From Microbacterium hydrocarbonoxydans (lineage in GTDB: Bacteria > Actinomycetota > Actinomycetes > Actinomycetales > Microbacteriaceae), in the NCBI GenBank assembly GCA_040395495.1, contig JBEBQG010000015.1, forward strand, positions 391-64,390: a stretch of 64,000 nucleotides of DNA, in the 5' to 3' direction. The notes under the pieces were generated by a model. That model was not told where the DNA came from, did not search any database, and worked only from the letters and a program-made list of their open reading frames with translations. The first letter of the stretch is position 1; every line of letters begins with the position of its first letter. Both the position numbers and the translations under genes were made by a program. Positions 19,025 to 29,221 of this stretch are shown piece after piece.

Positions 19025-20713
19025 TCAGATGTCCAGCGGGTCGAGGGGCTGCGTGTCCTCGAGCAGGTGGGCGGGCGTGGCGCGCGACGGGGCGAGGGGC
19101 AGGGTCACCGTGAAGGTCGCTCCACCGCCCGGGGTCTCCGACACCGCGACGCTCCCGTGCAGGGCCTTCACGATCGAGGACACGATCGCCAGCCCGAGTC
19201 CCGAGCCGCCGGTCTCCCTCGCGCGGGAGGTGTCGGCGCGCCAGAAGCGCTCGAAGATCTGCTCGCGGATCTGCGGAGGGATGCCCTCGCCGTGGTCGAC
19301 GATCGCGATGCTGCCGGTGCCCCTGACCCGGTCGGCGTCGACGACGAGCTCGATCGGGCCGTCCTCGGGCGAGAAGCGGCGCGCGTTGCCCAGGAGGTTC
19401 GTGACGACCTGGCGGACCTTGTTCTCCTCGCCCAGCACGATCGGCGGCGTCCGCACGGGGATATCGGTGGCCTCGGTGAAGTCGATCGCGGGCACCTCCG
19501 GCGCGGCGGCGCGGGGGCGGCGGCGCAGGCGGGAGAGCGTGGCGCGGGAGATCCCGCGCGGGGCGGGGGGCTGCGGCACCGGGGCGGCGGCGGGGCGGGA
19601 CGTGATCTCGGCGAGGGGGGCGTCGATCGTGCGATCGATCACCGTCACGGTGCGTCCCGGAGCGGCGGCGCGCAGGTCGAGGGCGGCGTCCCTGGCGATC
19701 GGGCGGAGGTCCAGGGCCTCGATCTCGAGTTCGCGCTCCTCGTCGAGCCGGGCGAGCGCGAGGAGGTCCTCGACGAGGACGCCCATCCGGATCGCCTCCT
19801 TCTCGATGCGCTCCATGGCCCGCGCGGTGTCCTCCTCGCCCTTGATGGCGCCCATGCGGTAGAGCTCTGCGTAGCCGCGCACGCTCACCAGCGGGGTGCG
19901 CAGCTCGTGGCTGGCGTCGCCGATGAAGCGCCGCATATGCTGCACCGTGCGGTCGCGCTGCGCGAGGGAGTGGTCGGTGCGGTCGAGCATCGCGTTGATC
20001 GCGGCGTTGAGGCGGCCGACCTCCGTCGTCGGCTCGAGGTCGGTGAGGCGCTGGCTGAAGTCGCCGGCGGCGATCGACATGGCGGTCGACTCCACCTGGC
20101 TGAGCCGGCGGAAGGTCAGCGTGACGAGACCGCGGATGAGCAGGGCGGCGATCACGATCGTGATGAGCGCGACGGTGACGTAGATGCCGAAGAACTGGCT
20201 GATGATGTGGTCGGCCGCCGAGAGCGGCATCGCGACCAGCTGTACCCGCAGGGCGCCTCCGCCGTTGCCCTGCAGGCTCGCGACCGCGGCGTGGAAGGTC
20301 GCCCCCTTCGTCCCGCCCAGGGTCAGCACGGTGTCGGCGTCGTCCTGCGCCTGCGCGAGGGTGTACGTCGACGGGAAGAGCGGCGTGGACGAGCCGCTGC
20401 CGGCCGTCGCCTGCAGCACGCCCTCGGCGTCGTAGATGGCGAAGTAGAAGTCGCGGGGGGTCTCCTTCGGCCGGTACGTGGTGGTGCCGTCGGAGGTGTC
20501 GACCTCGAAGTAGCGCCCCGTGAGGTCGGTCGAGACGAGCGCGGGGAGCTGCGCGTCGATGTTGGCCACCAGGGTGGAGCGCAGGATCGGCACGGTGCCG
20601 ACTCCGGCCACGAGCAGACCGAGCGCGAGCACGGCGACCGTGACGCCGGTGACCTTGGCGCGCAGGCTGATCGCCCGCCACCAGCGGGTGACCGCGTCAG
20701 GCTTGTGCGCCAT
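19025..20713 (-). CDS. sensor histidine kinase (HAMP-HisKA-HATPase)
   Basis: Two TM segments flank an extracellular region. H-box FIGDASHELRTPL, N-box VVTNLLGNARRF, G-boxes DHGEGI and GGSGLGLAIV. An insertion of about 60 aa rich in Pro/Arg precedes the N-box. Confidence 0.85.
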   Translation of the reverse strand: MAHKPDAVTRWWRAISLRAKVTGVTVAVLALGLLVAGVGTVPILRSTLVANIDAQLPALVSTDLTGRYFEVDTSDGTTTYRPKETPRDFYFAIYDAEGVLQATAGSGSSTPLFPSTYTLAQAQDDADTVLTLGGTKGATFHAAVASLQGNGGGALRVQLVAMPLSAADHIISQFFGIYVTVALITIVIAALLIRGLVTLTFRRLSQVESTAMSIAAGDFSQRLTDLEPTTEVGRLNAAINAMLDRTDHSLAQRDRTVQHMRRFIGDASHELRTPLVSVRGYAELYRMGAIKGEEDTARAMERIEKEAIRMGVLVEDLLALARLDEERELEIEALDLRPIARDAALDLRAAAPGRTVTVIDRTIDAPLAEITSRPAAAPVPQPPAPRGISRATLSRLRRRPRAAAPEVPAIDFTEATDIPVRTPPIVLGEENKVRQVVTNLLGNARRFSPEDGPIELVVDADRVRGTGSIAIVDHGEGIPPQIREQIFERFWRADTSRARETGGSGLGLAIVSSIVKALHGSVAVSETPGGGATFTVTLPLAPSRATPAHLLEDTQPLDPLDI

Positions 20714-20755
20714 GCGGTCCTCCCCGGTGCGGCGTCAGCGGATGACGGATGCCGG

Positions 20756-21442
20756 CTACTTGCCGACCTTGAGCATGTAGCCGAAGCCGCGCTTGGTCTG
20801 GATGAGCGACTCCTCGGTGTGCGGGTCGATCTTGCGGCGGAGGTAGGAGATGTAGCTCTCCACGATGCCGGCGTCGCCGTTGAAGTCGTACTCCCACACG
20901 TGGTCGAGGATCTGCGCTTTCGACAGCACCCGGTTGGGGTTGAGCATGAGGTAGCGCAGCAGCTTGAACTCGGTCGGGCTGAGCTCGATCGACTCCTTGC
21001 CGACGTGCACGTCGTGCGTGTCCTGGTCCATCGACAGGTCGCCGGCGCGGATCACCGACTCCTCGTCGGCCTGCATGGTGCGGCGGAGGATGGCCTGGGC
21101 ACGGGCGACGATCTCGTCGAGGCTGAACGGCTTGGTGACGTAGTCGTCGCCGCCGGCGTTGAGGCCCTCGATCTTGTCCTCCGTGCCGTCCTTGGCGGTG
21201 AGGAACAGGATGGGCGCGGTGAACCCGGCGCCGCGCAGGCGCTTGGTGACGCTGAAGCCGTTCATATCGGGGAGCATCACGTCGAGGATGATGAGGTCCG
21301 GCTCCTCCTCGAGCACCGCCGAGATGGTGGCGGCTCCGTTGGCCACGGTCTTCACCTGGAACCCGGCGAAGCTGAGACCCGTGGAGAGCAGGTCGCGGAT
21401 GTTCGGCTCGTCGTCGACGACCAGGATGCGCGCAGCAGTCAT
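20756..21442 (-). CDS. two-component response regulator, OmpR/PhoB family
   Basis: Start MTAARILVVDDEPNIRDLL at the ATG at 21442. DLIILDVMLPDMNG; winged-helix C-terminus LSPTEFKLLRYLMLNPNRVLSKAQILDHVW...RGFGY. Confidence 0.9.
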   Translation of the reverse strand: MTAARILVVDDEPNIRDLLSTGLSFAGFQVKTVANGAATISAVLEEEPDLIILDVMLPDMNGFSVTKRLRGAGFTAPILFLTAKDGTEDKIEGLNAGGDDYVTKPFSLDEIVARAQAILRRTMQADEESVIRAGDLSMDQDTHDVHVGKESIELSPTEFKLLRYLMLNPNRVLSKAQILDHVWEYDFNGDAGIVESYISYLRRKIDPHTEESLIQTKRGFGYMLKVGK

Positions 21443-21500
21443 GACCCCATTATGGTGACTCGGGCCATGCTCTGCCTGATTATCCGCCGGAGCGGCGTGC

Positions 21501-22055
21501 TCACCCGCCCAGTGCGGCGTCGACCGCGCGTGCGACGACGTCGTCGATCGGAGCATCCGGATCCACCGTGATCCGGTGCAGCAGCAGCCCGTCCCCCGCG
21601 GCCATCACGAGCGCCGAGCGGGCCGCGGCCTGCTCCCCTCCCAGTGCGCCCAGGATGCTGCGCAACCAGGACTCCATCGCCGTTCGCTGCTCGCGGAGGG
21701 GGAGGGCCGTGTCCTCGTCGGCCTCCAGGAACAGGGCGTATCGGGCCCTGGTCCGCGCGGAAAGGGGGCCGGACTGCGCGGCGATCATGCGCGACAGAGC
21801 GGCGACGAGATCGTCCCTGCTGCGGATGTCGGCGGTGCCCGCATCGTCGAGCTCCCGTCTCGCGATCCACTCGATCACCCCGGACACGAGGGCCGCACGC
21901 GTGCGGAAGTGGTTCGACGTCGAGCCGGCCGGCAGGCCCGCTGCGGCATCCACCCGCCCGTGCGTCAGCGCCCGGATGCCCTCGGTCCCGACCAGGGTCA
22001 CGGCGGCGTCGAGGGCGCGTGCGCGGGTGCTGCTCATCCCCCGAGCGTATGACAC
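21501..22055 (-). CDS. TetR/AcrR family transcriptional regulator
   Basis: N-terminal HTH RALDAAVTLVGTEGIRALTHGRVDAAAGLPAGSTSNHFRTR. The start is either the GTG at 22055 or the ATG at 22037. Confidence 0.8.
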   Translation of the reverse strand: MSYARGMSSTRARALDAAVTLVGTEGIRALTHGRVDAAAGLPAGSTSNHFRTRAALVSGVIEWIARRELDDAGTADIRSRDDLVAALSRMIAAQSGPLSARTRARYALFLEADEDTALPLREQRTAMESWLRSILGALGGEQAAARSALVMAAGDGLLLHRITVDPDAPIDDVVARAVDAALGG

Positions 22056-22059
22056 TATA

Positions 22060-22083
22060 TTTCTAGTAGCAAAACACTAGAAA
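22060..22083. promoter_or_regulatory. candidate TetR operator (perfect 8-bp arm inverted repeat)
   Basis: TTTCTAGT-AGCAAAAC-ACTAGAAA sits in the AT-rich divergent region between the TetR gene and the hydrolase gene. Confidence 0.45.
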
Positions 22084-22143
22084 CGTAGTAACCTGGTTCC
22101 AGGGTCGGACGGCCCAGTGGCACAGCGATGTGGAGGACTCGTC

Positions 22144-23046
22144 ATGGACGCATCGGCATCCCCGCGACGACGCGTGGGGCAGCACTGGTCGCCCCCGCTC
22201 CCGGAGGCGCCGGGCTTCGTGCACACGATGATCGAGACGCCTGGGCTGCGCACGCACGTCGCGAGCATCGGCGACGGCGACCCCGTGGTGCTGCTGCACG
22301 GGTTCCCGCAGCACTGGTGGGAATGGCGGATCATCGCGCCGATGATCGCGGCGTCGGGTCGTCGGGCGATCTGCCCCGATCTGCGGGGGTCGGGGTGGAC
22401 GGAGGCCGACGAGCCGCGGTTCGGGCCCGAGTCCCAGCTCGACGACGTCGTCGCCGTGCTCGACGCGCTCGGTGTGCAGAGGGCGAACTTCCTCTGCCAC
22501 GACATGGGCGCGATCTCGGGGATGCAGCTCGCCTACCGCCATCCGGAGCGCGTGCGCTCGATCGTGCAGCTGGCCGTGCCGCCGGGGTTCATGGAGTTCA
22601 GCCCCGCCGTGATCCCGGCGTTCGCGCACATGCCTGCGCTGCTGATGCACCGCCCCGGCCGATCGCTGCGCTATCTCTTCAGCCCGCGCTACTGTGCCCG
22701 GCCGATGTCGGAGGAGACGGTCGAGGCGTACCTGCGTCCGCAGCAACGCCCCGATGTGCAGCGGGCGGTGCGAGCGCTGTACCGCGGCATGGTCATCCCG
22801 GTCTCGTTCCGCCTCATGGGAGGCGTCTACCGGCGGCAGAGGCTGCGCACCCCCATGCGCGTGGTGTTCGGGAGGGAGGACGGCCCGTTCTCCGAACCGA
22901 CCGCGCGGCGGATCAGCCGGCACCACGGGCGGCACGCCGACCGCTTCGAGCTCTCCTTCGTCGAGGGCGCGGCGCACTTCCTCCCCGACGACGCGCCCGA
23001 GGAGTGTGCGCGGCTCGCCATCGACTGGTTCGATCGTGCCGGATGA
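22144..23046 (+). CDS. alpha/beta hydrolase (epoxide hydrolase/haloalkane dehalogenase-like fold)
   Basis: ATG at 22144 with RBS GGAGGA 6 nt upstream. HGFPQHWWEW; nucleophile elbow region LCHDMGA. The stop abuts the convergent XPB stop (TGATCA). Confidence 0.8.
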   Translation: MDASASPRRRVGQHWSPPLPEAPGFVHTMIETPGLRTHVASIGDGDPVVLLHGFPQHWWEWRIIAPMIAASGRRAICPDLRGSGWTEADEPRFGPESQLDDVVAVLDALGVQRANFLCHDMGAISGMQLAYRHPERVRSIVQLAVPPGFMEFSPAVIPAFAHMPALLMHRPGRSLRYLFSPRYCARPMSEETVEAYLRPQQRPDVQRAVRALYRGMVIPVSFRLMGGVYRRQRLRTPMRVVFGREDGPFSEPTARRISRHHGRHADRFELSFVEGAAHFLPDDAPEECARLAIDWFDRAG

Positions 23047-24687
23047 TCAGGCGGCGATCGCGTCGGCGTCCATGATCGTGTAGCTGTACCCCTGCTCGGC
23101 GAGGAACCGCTGACGGTTCTGCGCGTAGTCCTGATCGATCGTGTCGCGGGCGACGAGGGTGTAGAAGCTCGCCGTATGCCCGGACTGCTTGGGACGCAAC
23201 AGGCGCCCGAGGCGCTGCGCCTCCTCCTGGCGCGAGCCGAAGGAACCGGAGACCTGGATCGCGACGGACGCCTCGGGCAGGTCGATCGAGAAGTTCGCGA
23301 CCTTCGACACCACGAGCAGCGAGATGTCGCCCTCGCGGAACGCCCGGTACAGCTCCTCGCGCTCGTCGACCGGGGTGGCGCCGGTGATCTGCGGGGCGTT
23401 CAGGGACTCGGAGAGCGAGTCGAGCTGGTCGAGGTACTGGCCGATCACGAGGATGCGCTCGCCGTCGTGCTTGGCGATCAACTCGCGCACGGCCTCGATC
23501 TTCGCCGGCGCGGAGGCCGCGAGACGGTAGCGCTCGTCGTCCGTGGCCGCCGCGTACTCGAGCCGGTCGCTCGGCGGGAGGTCGACGCGTACCTCGTAGC
23601 AGGCGGCGGGGGAGATGAACCCCTGCGCCTCGATCTGCTTCCACGGCGCATCGAAGCGCTTGGGGCCGATCAGGCTGAACACGTCGCCCTCGCGGCCGTC
23701 CTCGCGCACGAGGGTGGCGGTGAGGCCGATGCGGCGGCGGGCCTGCAGGTCGGCAGTGAGCTTGAACACCGGAGCCGGGAGCAGGTGCACCTCGTCGTAG
23801 ACGATGAGGCCCCAGTCGAGTGCGTCGAGCAGGGCCAGGTGCGCGTACTCGCCCTTCCGCTTGGCGGTGAGGATCTGGTACGTCGCGATCGTGACCGGCT
23901 TGACCTCTTTGGCCTGGCCGGAGTACTCGCCGATCTCCTCGGGCGTGAGCGATGTGCGCTTGAGCAGCTCGTCGCGCCACTGACGGGCGGAGACCGTGTT
24001 GGTCACGAGGATCAGCGTGGTGGTCTTCGTCGCGGCCATCGCGCCGGCGCCGACGATCGTCTTGCCCGCGCCGCAGGGGAGCACGACGACACCGGATCCG
24101 TCCTTCGCGAAGGCGTTCACCGCATCCTGCTGATACGGACGGATCTGCCAGCCGTCCTCAGCGAGCTCGATCTCGTGCGGGGTGCCCGGCGTGTAGCCGG
24201 CGAGGTCCTCCGCCGGCCAGCCGATCTTCAGCAGCTCCTGCTTGATCTGGCCGCGGGCCCAGGCGTCCACGACGTAGGTGTCGGGAGACGGGTGCCCGAT
24301 CAGCAACGGCTGGATGCGCTTGTTCGCGGCGACCTGCGTGAGCACGGCGGGGTCGGAGGAGCGCAGGATCAGCGTGCCCTCCTCGTCGCGCTCGATGACG
24401 AGGCGTCCATAGCGGTTCACCGTCTCGCGCAGGTCGACGGCGACCGACGGCGGCACGGGGAAGCGCGACCAGCGGTCGAGCGTCTCCAGCATGTCCTCGG
24501 CGGTGTGCCCGGCGGCACGGGCGTTCCACAGCCCCAGCCGCGTGATGCGGTAGGTGTGTATGTGCTCGGGCGCGCGCTCCAGCTCGGCGAAGATCGCGAG
24601 CTCGTGGCGTGCGCTCTCGGCGTCGGCATGGGCGACCTCGAGCAGCACCGTGCGGTCGCTCTGGACGATCAGGGGGCCATCAGACAT
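23047..24687 (-). CDS. xpb: DNA repair helicase XPB (ERCC3 homologue, SF2)
   Basis: Start MSDGPLIVQSDRTVLLEV at 24687. Motif I VLPCGAGKT, motif II VYDEVH, motif III GLTATLVRED, and later motifs SKVANFSIDLP...QVSGSFGSRQEEAQRLGR. Confidence 0.9.
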   Translation of the reverse strand: MSDGPLIVQSDRTVLLEVAHADAESARHELAIFAELERAPEHIHTYRITRLGLWNARAAGHTAEDMLETLDRWSRFPVPPSVAVDLRETVNRYGRLVIERDEEGTLILRSSDPAVLTQVAANKRIQPLLIGHPSPDTYVVDAWARGQIKQELLKIGWPAEDLAGYTPGTPHEIELAEDGWQIRPYQQDAVNAFAKDGSGVVVLPCGAGKTIVGAGAMAATKTTTLILVTNTVSARQWRDELLKRTSLTPEEIGEYSGQAKEVKPVTIATYQILTAKRKGEYAHLALLDALDWGLIVYDEVHLLPAPVFKLTADLQARRRIGLTATLVREDGREGDVFSLIGPKRFDAPWKQIEAQGFISPAACYEVRVDLPPSDRLEYAAATDDERYRLAASAPAKIEAVRELIAKHDGERILVIGQYLDQLDSLSESLNAPQITGATPVDEREELYRAFREGDISLLVVSKVANFSIDLPEASVAIQVSGSFGSRQEEAQRLGRLLRPKQSGHTASFYTLVARDTIDQDYAQNRQRFLAEQGYSYTIMDADAIAA

Positions 24688-24715
24688 AGCAGACCAGTTT
24701 ACTGCGCGGTTCGGG

Positions 24716-26422
24716 TCACGGGGCCACGACGGTGGCGGCGCGGATGCTGGACACCGGAAGGGTGCGCTCGACGTCGGCCGTGCGGTCGCGACCACGGAGG
24801 CGCCCGCCGCCCAGGCCCGTCGCCTCCAGGATCAGCTCTCTCGTCGACCCGTCCGGCATTCCGACGGTGACCCGCAGCACGGCTCTGACGCGCACGGCGG
24901 CCTCGAGCTCGCGATCGAGCCAGGCGGCGTCGGCGTCGGGTCCCTGGTGCGAGCGCAGTGTGGCGATCAGCGGGCCGAAGTCGGAGGTGGGTCGCGGCGC
25001 GGCGTCGACCGGCGGATGCCTCTCCCCGGCGAGCACGGCGCCGTCCTCGCCGACGATCGTCGCGGGGTAGCGGGCGTCGGTGAGAGCCCAGTACACGGTC
25101 TCGCGACCGACGCGCGTGGTCAGCGATGCGACGTGCTTCGAGAGCGCCAGGGGGCGCAGGCCCTGGTCGACGGCCATCGCCTCGATGAGCGTCTGGTCGG
25201 TGCTCTCGATGCGGGTGCGGCCGGTCTCCTCGTCGGTCGACACGCGCACCAGGCCGTGGCGCTGCGCCGTCTGGGCGATCAGGTACCGCAGGGGCTGCGG
25301 GATGCCGGTCAGCGACAGCTCCCCGAGGAGGGCGAGGATCGACTCCTCGGTCTCGCCGAGCACCAGGGCGCGCGCGATCGAATCGCCCGTGAAGCGGTAC
25401 GACGACGCCTGCGAGGCGGATTCGCGCACGGCCATCGTGCGCAGCCGCACGTCCAGCGCCGCGGCGAGCGGACCGGGGGCGATGGCGCTCAGGTCGTTCT
25501 GCAGGAAGATGCGATCGACCTCGGCGGGCAACAGGGAGCCCAGCCCCGCCGCATCGGGATCGGCGCCCGCGCGCACCGAGGCGGTCCACGACGGCTCGGT
25601 GTCGTCGTCGGCGACGAGGCCGAGCAGGCGAGCACGGGCCAGGAGGGCATCGCTGCGCTCGGGCCAGGTCGGATCCCACGGATGCGCGTGCGGCCAGGCC
25701 GCGGGAGGAGTCGATCCTCCGCTCGGCGTGCGGACGCCGCGGGGCAGCGCGTCGCGGAAGCCGGAGACGAGGACGCTCCACCGCTCGACAGCGGAGGAGC
25801 GGAGCCAGTCCTCCGCCCGTGCCGTCGTGCGCAGGCGGCGTTCGTCGACGACGGCGAGGCCGGCGTCGACGGCGATGGACATCAGCGGGTCGACCGTCTC
25901 GGTCGGCACCCCGGCCTCCGACAGCTGCTTCTTCTCTCCGGCGCTGACGTTGCCGCCGGTGAGGAGGGCGAACGGCTTCTCCCTGGCGAGCAGGAGCAGG
26001 TCGGCGAGGGCGCCGAGTGTCGTGAAGGCCCGCTCCGCCGCGTGTGCGGAGGCGCTGGCGTCGGAGGCGGTCGGCTCGGAGGGCGCGGGGGCGTCCGGCG
26101 CGGGGCGGCCGTCGATCGCGGCGGCGACCTCGGGCCACGGTATGCCGTCGGAGCGGAGCAGTGCCAGTCCGACGAGGGTGCCGAAATGGGGCTCGGACGG
26201 CACCTCTCCGGCCGCCGCGCGCACGAGGGCCGCGGCCTCCTGGCCGGTCAGGGTCGGCAGGGCCTTGGCCAGGGACGCCTGGTCGAGCAGCGACTCCGCG
26301 GCGTCGAAGAAGTCCTGCCACGCGGCATCCGGTCGCACGCCGCGGGCACGGAAGAGCGCGGACAGCTCGTCATCGCTCGCCGCGGCCAGCCGTTCGGCCA
26401 GCGGTCGGGCGTGCGTGCTCAT
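24716..26422 (-). CDS. XPB-associated conserved protein (helicase-associated domain protein, mycobacterial Rv0862c-like by synteny)
   Basis: 568 aa, 28 nt upstream of xpb on the same strand, with high third-position GC. I recognise no catalytic motif. Confidence 0.6.
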   Translation of the reverse strand: MSTHARPLAERLAAASDDELSALFRARGVRPDAAWQDFFDAAESLLDQASLAKALPTLTGQEAAALVRAAAGEVPSEPHFGTLVGLALLRSDGIPWPEVAAAIDGRPAPDAPAPSEPTASDASASAHAAERAFTTLGALADLLLLAREKPFALLTGGNVSAGEKKQLSEAGVPTETVDPLMSIAVDAGLAVVDERRLRTTARAEDWLRSSAVERWSVLVSGFRDALPRGVRTPSGGSTPPAAWPHAHPWDPTWPERSDALLARARLLGLVADDDTEPSWTASVRAGADPDAAGLGSLLPAEVDRIFLQNDLSAIAPGPLAAALDVRLRTMAVRESASQASSYRFTGDSIARALVLGETEESILALLGELSLTGIPQPLRYLIAQTAQRHGLVRVSTDEETGRTRIESTDQTLIEAMAVDQGLRPLALSKHVASLTTRVGRETVYWALTDARYPATIVGEDGAVLAGERHPPVDAAPRPTSDFGPLIATLRSHQGPDADAAWLDRELEAAVRVRAVLRVTVGMPDGSTRELILEATGLGGGRLRGRDRTADVERTLPVSSIRAATVVAP

Positions 26423-26432
26423 GCCGGGTGCC

Positions 26433-26702
26433 TCACGGACGCGACGCGGCGCGCCCCTTCCGGATGAAGCTCATCACCAGCAGCGTGATGATCAGCACGA
26501 ACGCGACAGGCAGTCCCCAGTAGGGGATGGCGGCCACGATCGGCCAGACCCCCGTGCCGAAATCAGACTGTTTCATGCCAACGGCCGTGCCGATGATGAT
26601 CGCGAAGAAGCAGATGATGGATGCCGCGGCGAGTCCCAGAGCGGTGAACGCCAGGAGACGATCCACGGTGCGGACCTCGGGCTCGGGATTCTGGGCGTTC
26701 AT
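26433..26702 (-). CDS. small membrane protein (2 TM segments)
   Basis: 89 aa with two hydrophobic helices. It ends 10 nt before the next gene on the same strand. Confidence 0.55.
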   Translation of the reverse strand: MNAQNPEPEVRTVDRLLAFTALGLAAASIICFFAIIIGTAVGMKQSDFGTGVWPIVAAIPYWGLPVAFVLIITLLVMSFIRKGRAASRP

Positions 26703-26796
26703 CGGTCTCAGCCTACTGCGTCGCCGACCGGTAGGCTGGAGGAGGGCGCTCAGGAGAGCGCCTTCTTCTCACAGCGACATCAGCGAGGTTTCTCCC

Positions 26797-27177
26797 ATGC
26801 CCACCGGCAAGGTCAGGTTCTACGACGAAGACAAGGGCTTCGGCTTCATCGCCTCCGACGATGGCCAGGACGTCTTCCTGCACGCCTCCGCGATGCCGGC
26901 CGGCACCGCGGTCAAGGCGGGGTCGCGCGTGGAGTTCGGCGTCGCCGACGGCAAGCGCGGACTGCAGGCGCTCTCGGTGCGCGTGCTCGAGGCCCCGCCG
27001 AGCCTGGCGAAGGCCAAGCGCAAGCCGGCCGACGACATGGCCATCATCATCGAGGACCTCGTGAAGCTCCTCGACGGCATCGGTGGAGATCTCCGCCGCG
27101 GCCGTTACCCCTCTTCCGGTCACGGCCGCAAGATCGCCGCCGTGCTGCGCAAGGTCGCCGATGACCTCGAAGCCTGA
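26797..27177 (+). CDS. cold-shock domain protein with C-terminal extension
   Basis: ATG at 26797. MPTGKVRFYDEDKGFGFIASDDGQDVFLHASAM carries the RNP1-like KGFGFI and RNP2-like DVFLH motifs. Confidence 0.85.
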   Translation: MPTGKVRFYDEDKGFGFIASDDGQDVFLHASAMPAGTAVKAGSRVEFGVADGKRGLQALSVRVLEAPPSLAKAKRKPADDMAIIIEDLVKLLDGIGGDLRRGRYPSSGHGRKIAAVLRKVADDLEA

Positions 27178-27901
27178 GCTCGACCAGCGTCTGATTGACG
27201 CGCACGACCTCGCGCTGGCTGCACTGCGCGAGATCACGCCGGCGTCGACCATCGGCCCCGCCGCGGGCTACCTCCCCGAGGACGACGGCTCGGTCTCCCT
27301 GCGCTTCGAGAACCGACTCCCCGGCTATCCCGGCTGGTACTGGACCGTCACGGTCGCCCGCGTCGATGACGAGGAGCCGACGGTGCTCGAGGTCGAGCTG
27401 CTTCCCGGCGACGGTGCGCTGCTCGCCCCGGAGTGGGTGCCGTGGGCGGAGCGTCTGGCGGAGTACCGCGCGCACCAGGCGGAGCTCGCGGAGCAGGCGG
27501 CTGCCGCAGCCGCTGGCGAGATCGATGCCGAGGAGGGCACCGAGGACGACGACCTCGATGAGGATGACGAAGACGCCGAGGCGGACCTCGATGACGATCT
27601 CGACGAGGACTCGGATGACGAGCTCGATGAGGACGAGCCCCGGGCGCTCCACGCCGGCGACCTCGACGGCGTCGACATCGACGAGCTCGACGACTCGGTG
27701 GACGCCGAGGACGACGACTCCGACGAGGATGACGACTCCGACGAGGATGACGACTCTGACGAGGATGACGACTCCGACGAGGATGACGACGACGACGCGG
27801 ACGTAGACGACGACTCCGACGAGGATGACGACGCGGACGAGGACGACGACTCCGACGAGGATGACGATTCCGACGCGGACGACGACTCCGAGGAGGAGTG
27901 A
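27161..27901 (+). CDS. DUF3027 domain-containing protein with poly-acidic C-terminal tail
   Basis: ATG at 27161 overlaps the csp gene by 17 nt. PGYPGWYWTVTVARV...VELLPGDGALLAPEWVPWAERL matches DUF3027. The last 120 aa or so are almost entirely D/E/S. Confidence 0.65.
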   Translation: MTSKPELDQRLIDAHDLALAALREITPASTIGPAAGYLPEDDGSVSLRFENRLPGYPGWYWTVTVARVDDEEPTVLEVELLPGDGALLAPEWVPWAERLAEYRAHQAELAEQAAAAAAGEIDAEEGTEDDDLDEDDEDAEADLDDDLDEDSDDELDEDEPRALHAGDLDGVDIDELDDSVDAEDDDSDEDDDSDEDDDSDEDDDSDEDDDDDADVDDDSDEDDDADEDDDSDEDDDSDADDDSEEE

Positions 27902-27960
27902 GTCCCGCGGACTGACGTCCGACGGCCCTTGCCCGCCATCGTGCGGACAAGGGCCGTACA

Positions 27961-28003
27961 CATGAAGAGGGGCGCGGAGCCGAGCTCCGCGCCCCTCTTC
28001 ATG
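27961..28003. terminator. bidirectional hairpin terminator
   Basis: CATGAAGAGGGGCGCGGAGC-CGA-GCTCCGCGCCCCTCTTCATG has a 20-bp perfect stem and lies between the convergent DUF3027 gene and serC. Confidence 0.75.
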
Positions 28004-28008
28004 CAGGC

Positions 28009-29130
<1,122 letters not shown>

Positions 29131-29221
29131 CTAGGGGGCGTGCCGAGCCCTGCCCGTCCGCGTGACGCCCCGCGACGCGCTCGGGAAGGTAGGCTTGCCT
29201 AAGAAGACCCGGAGGGCCCAG

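Noticed and set aside
23044-23049. Convergent gene pairs that abut with almost no spacer. They are hydrolase/XPB (TGATCA), ABC ATPase/MMPL (1-nt gap at 35259) and MarR/Lsr2 (4-nt gap at 43802-43805).
   Set aside because: This is a real feature of the sequence, but it is common in compact GC-rich genomes. There is no hairpin or other structure to interpret.
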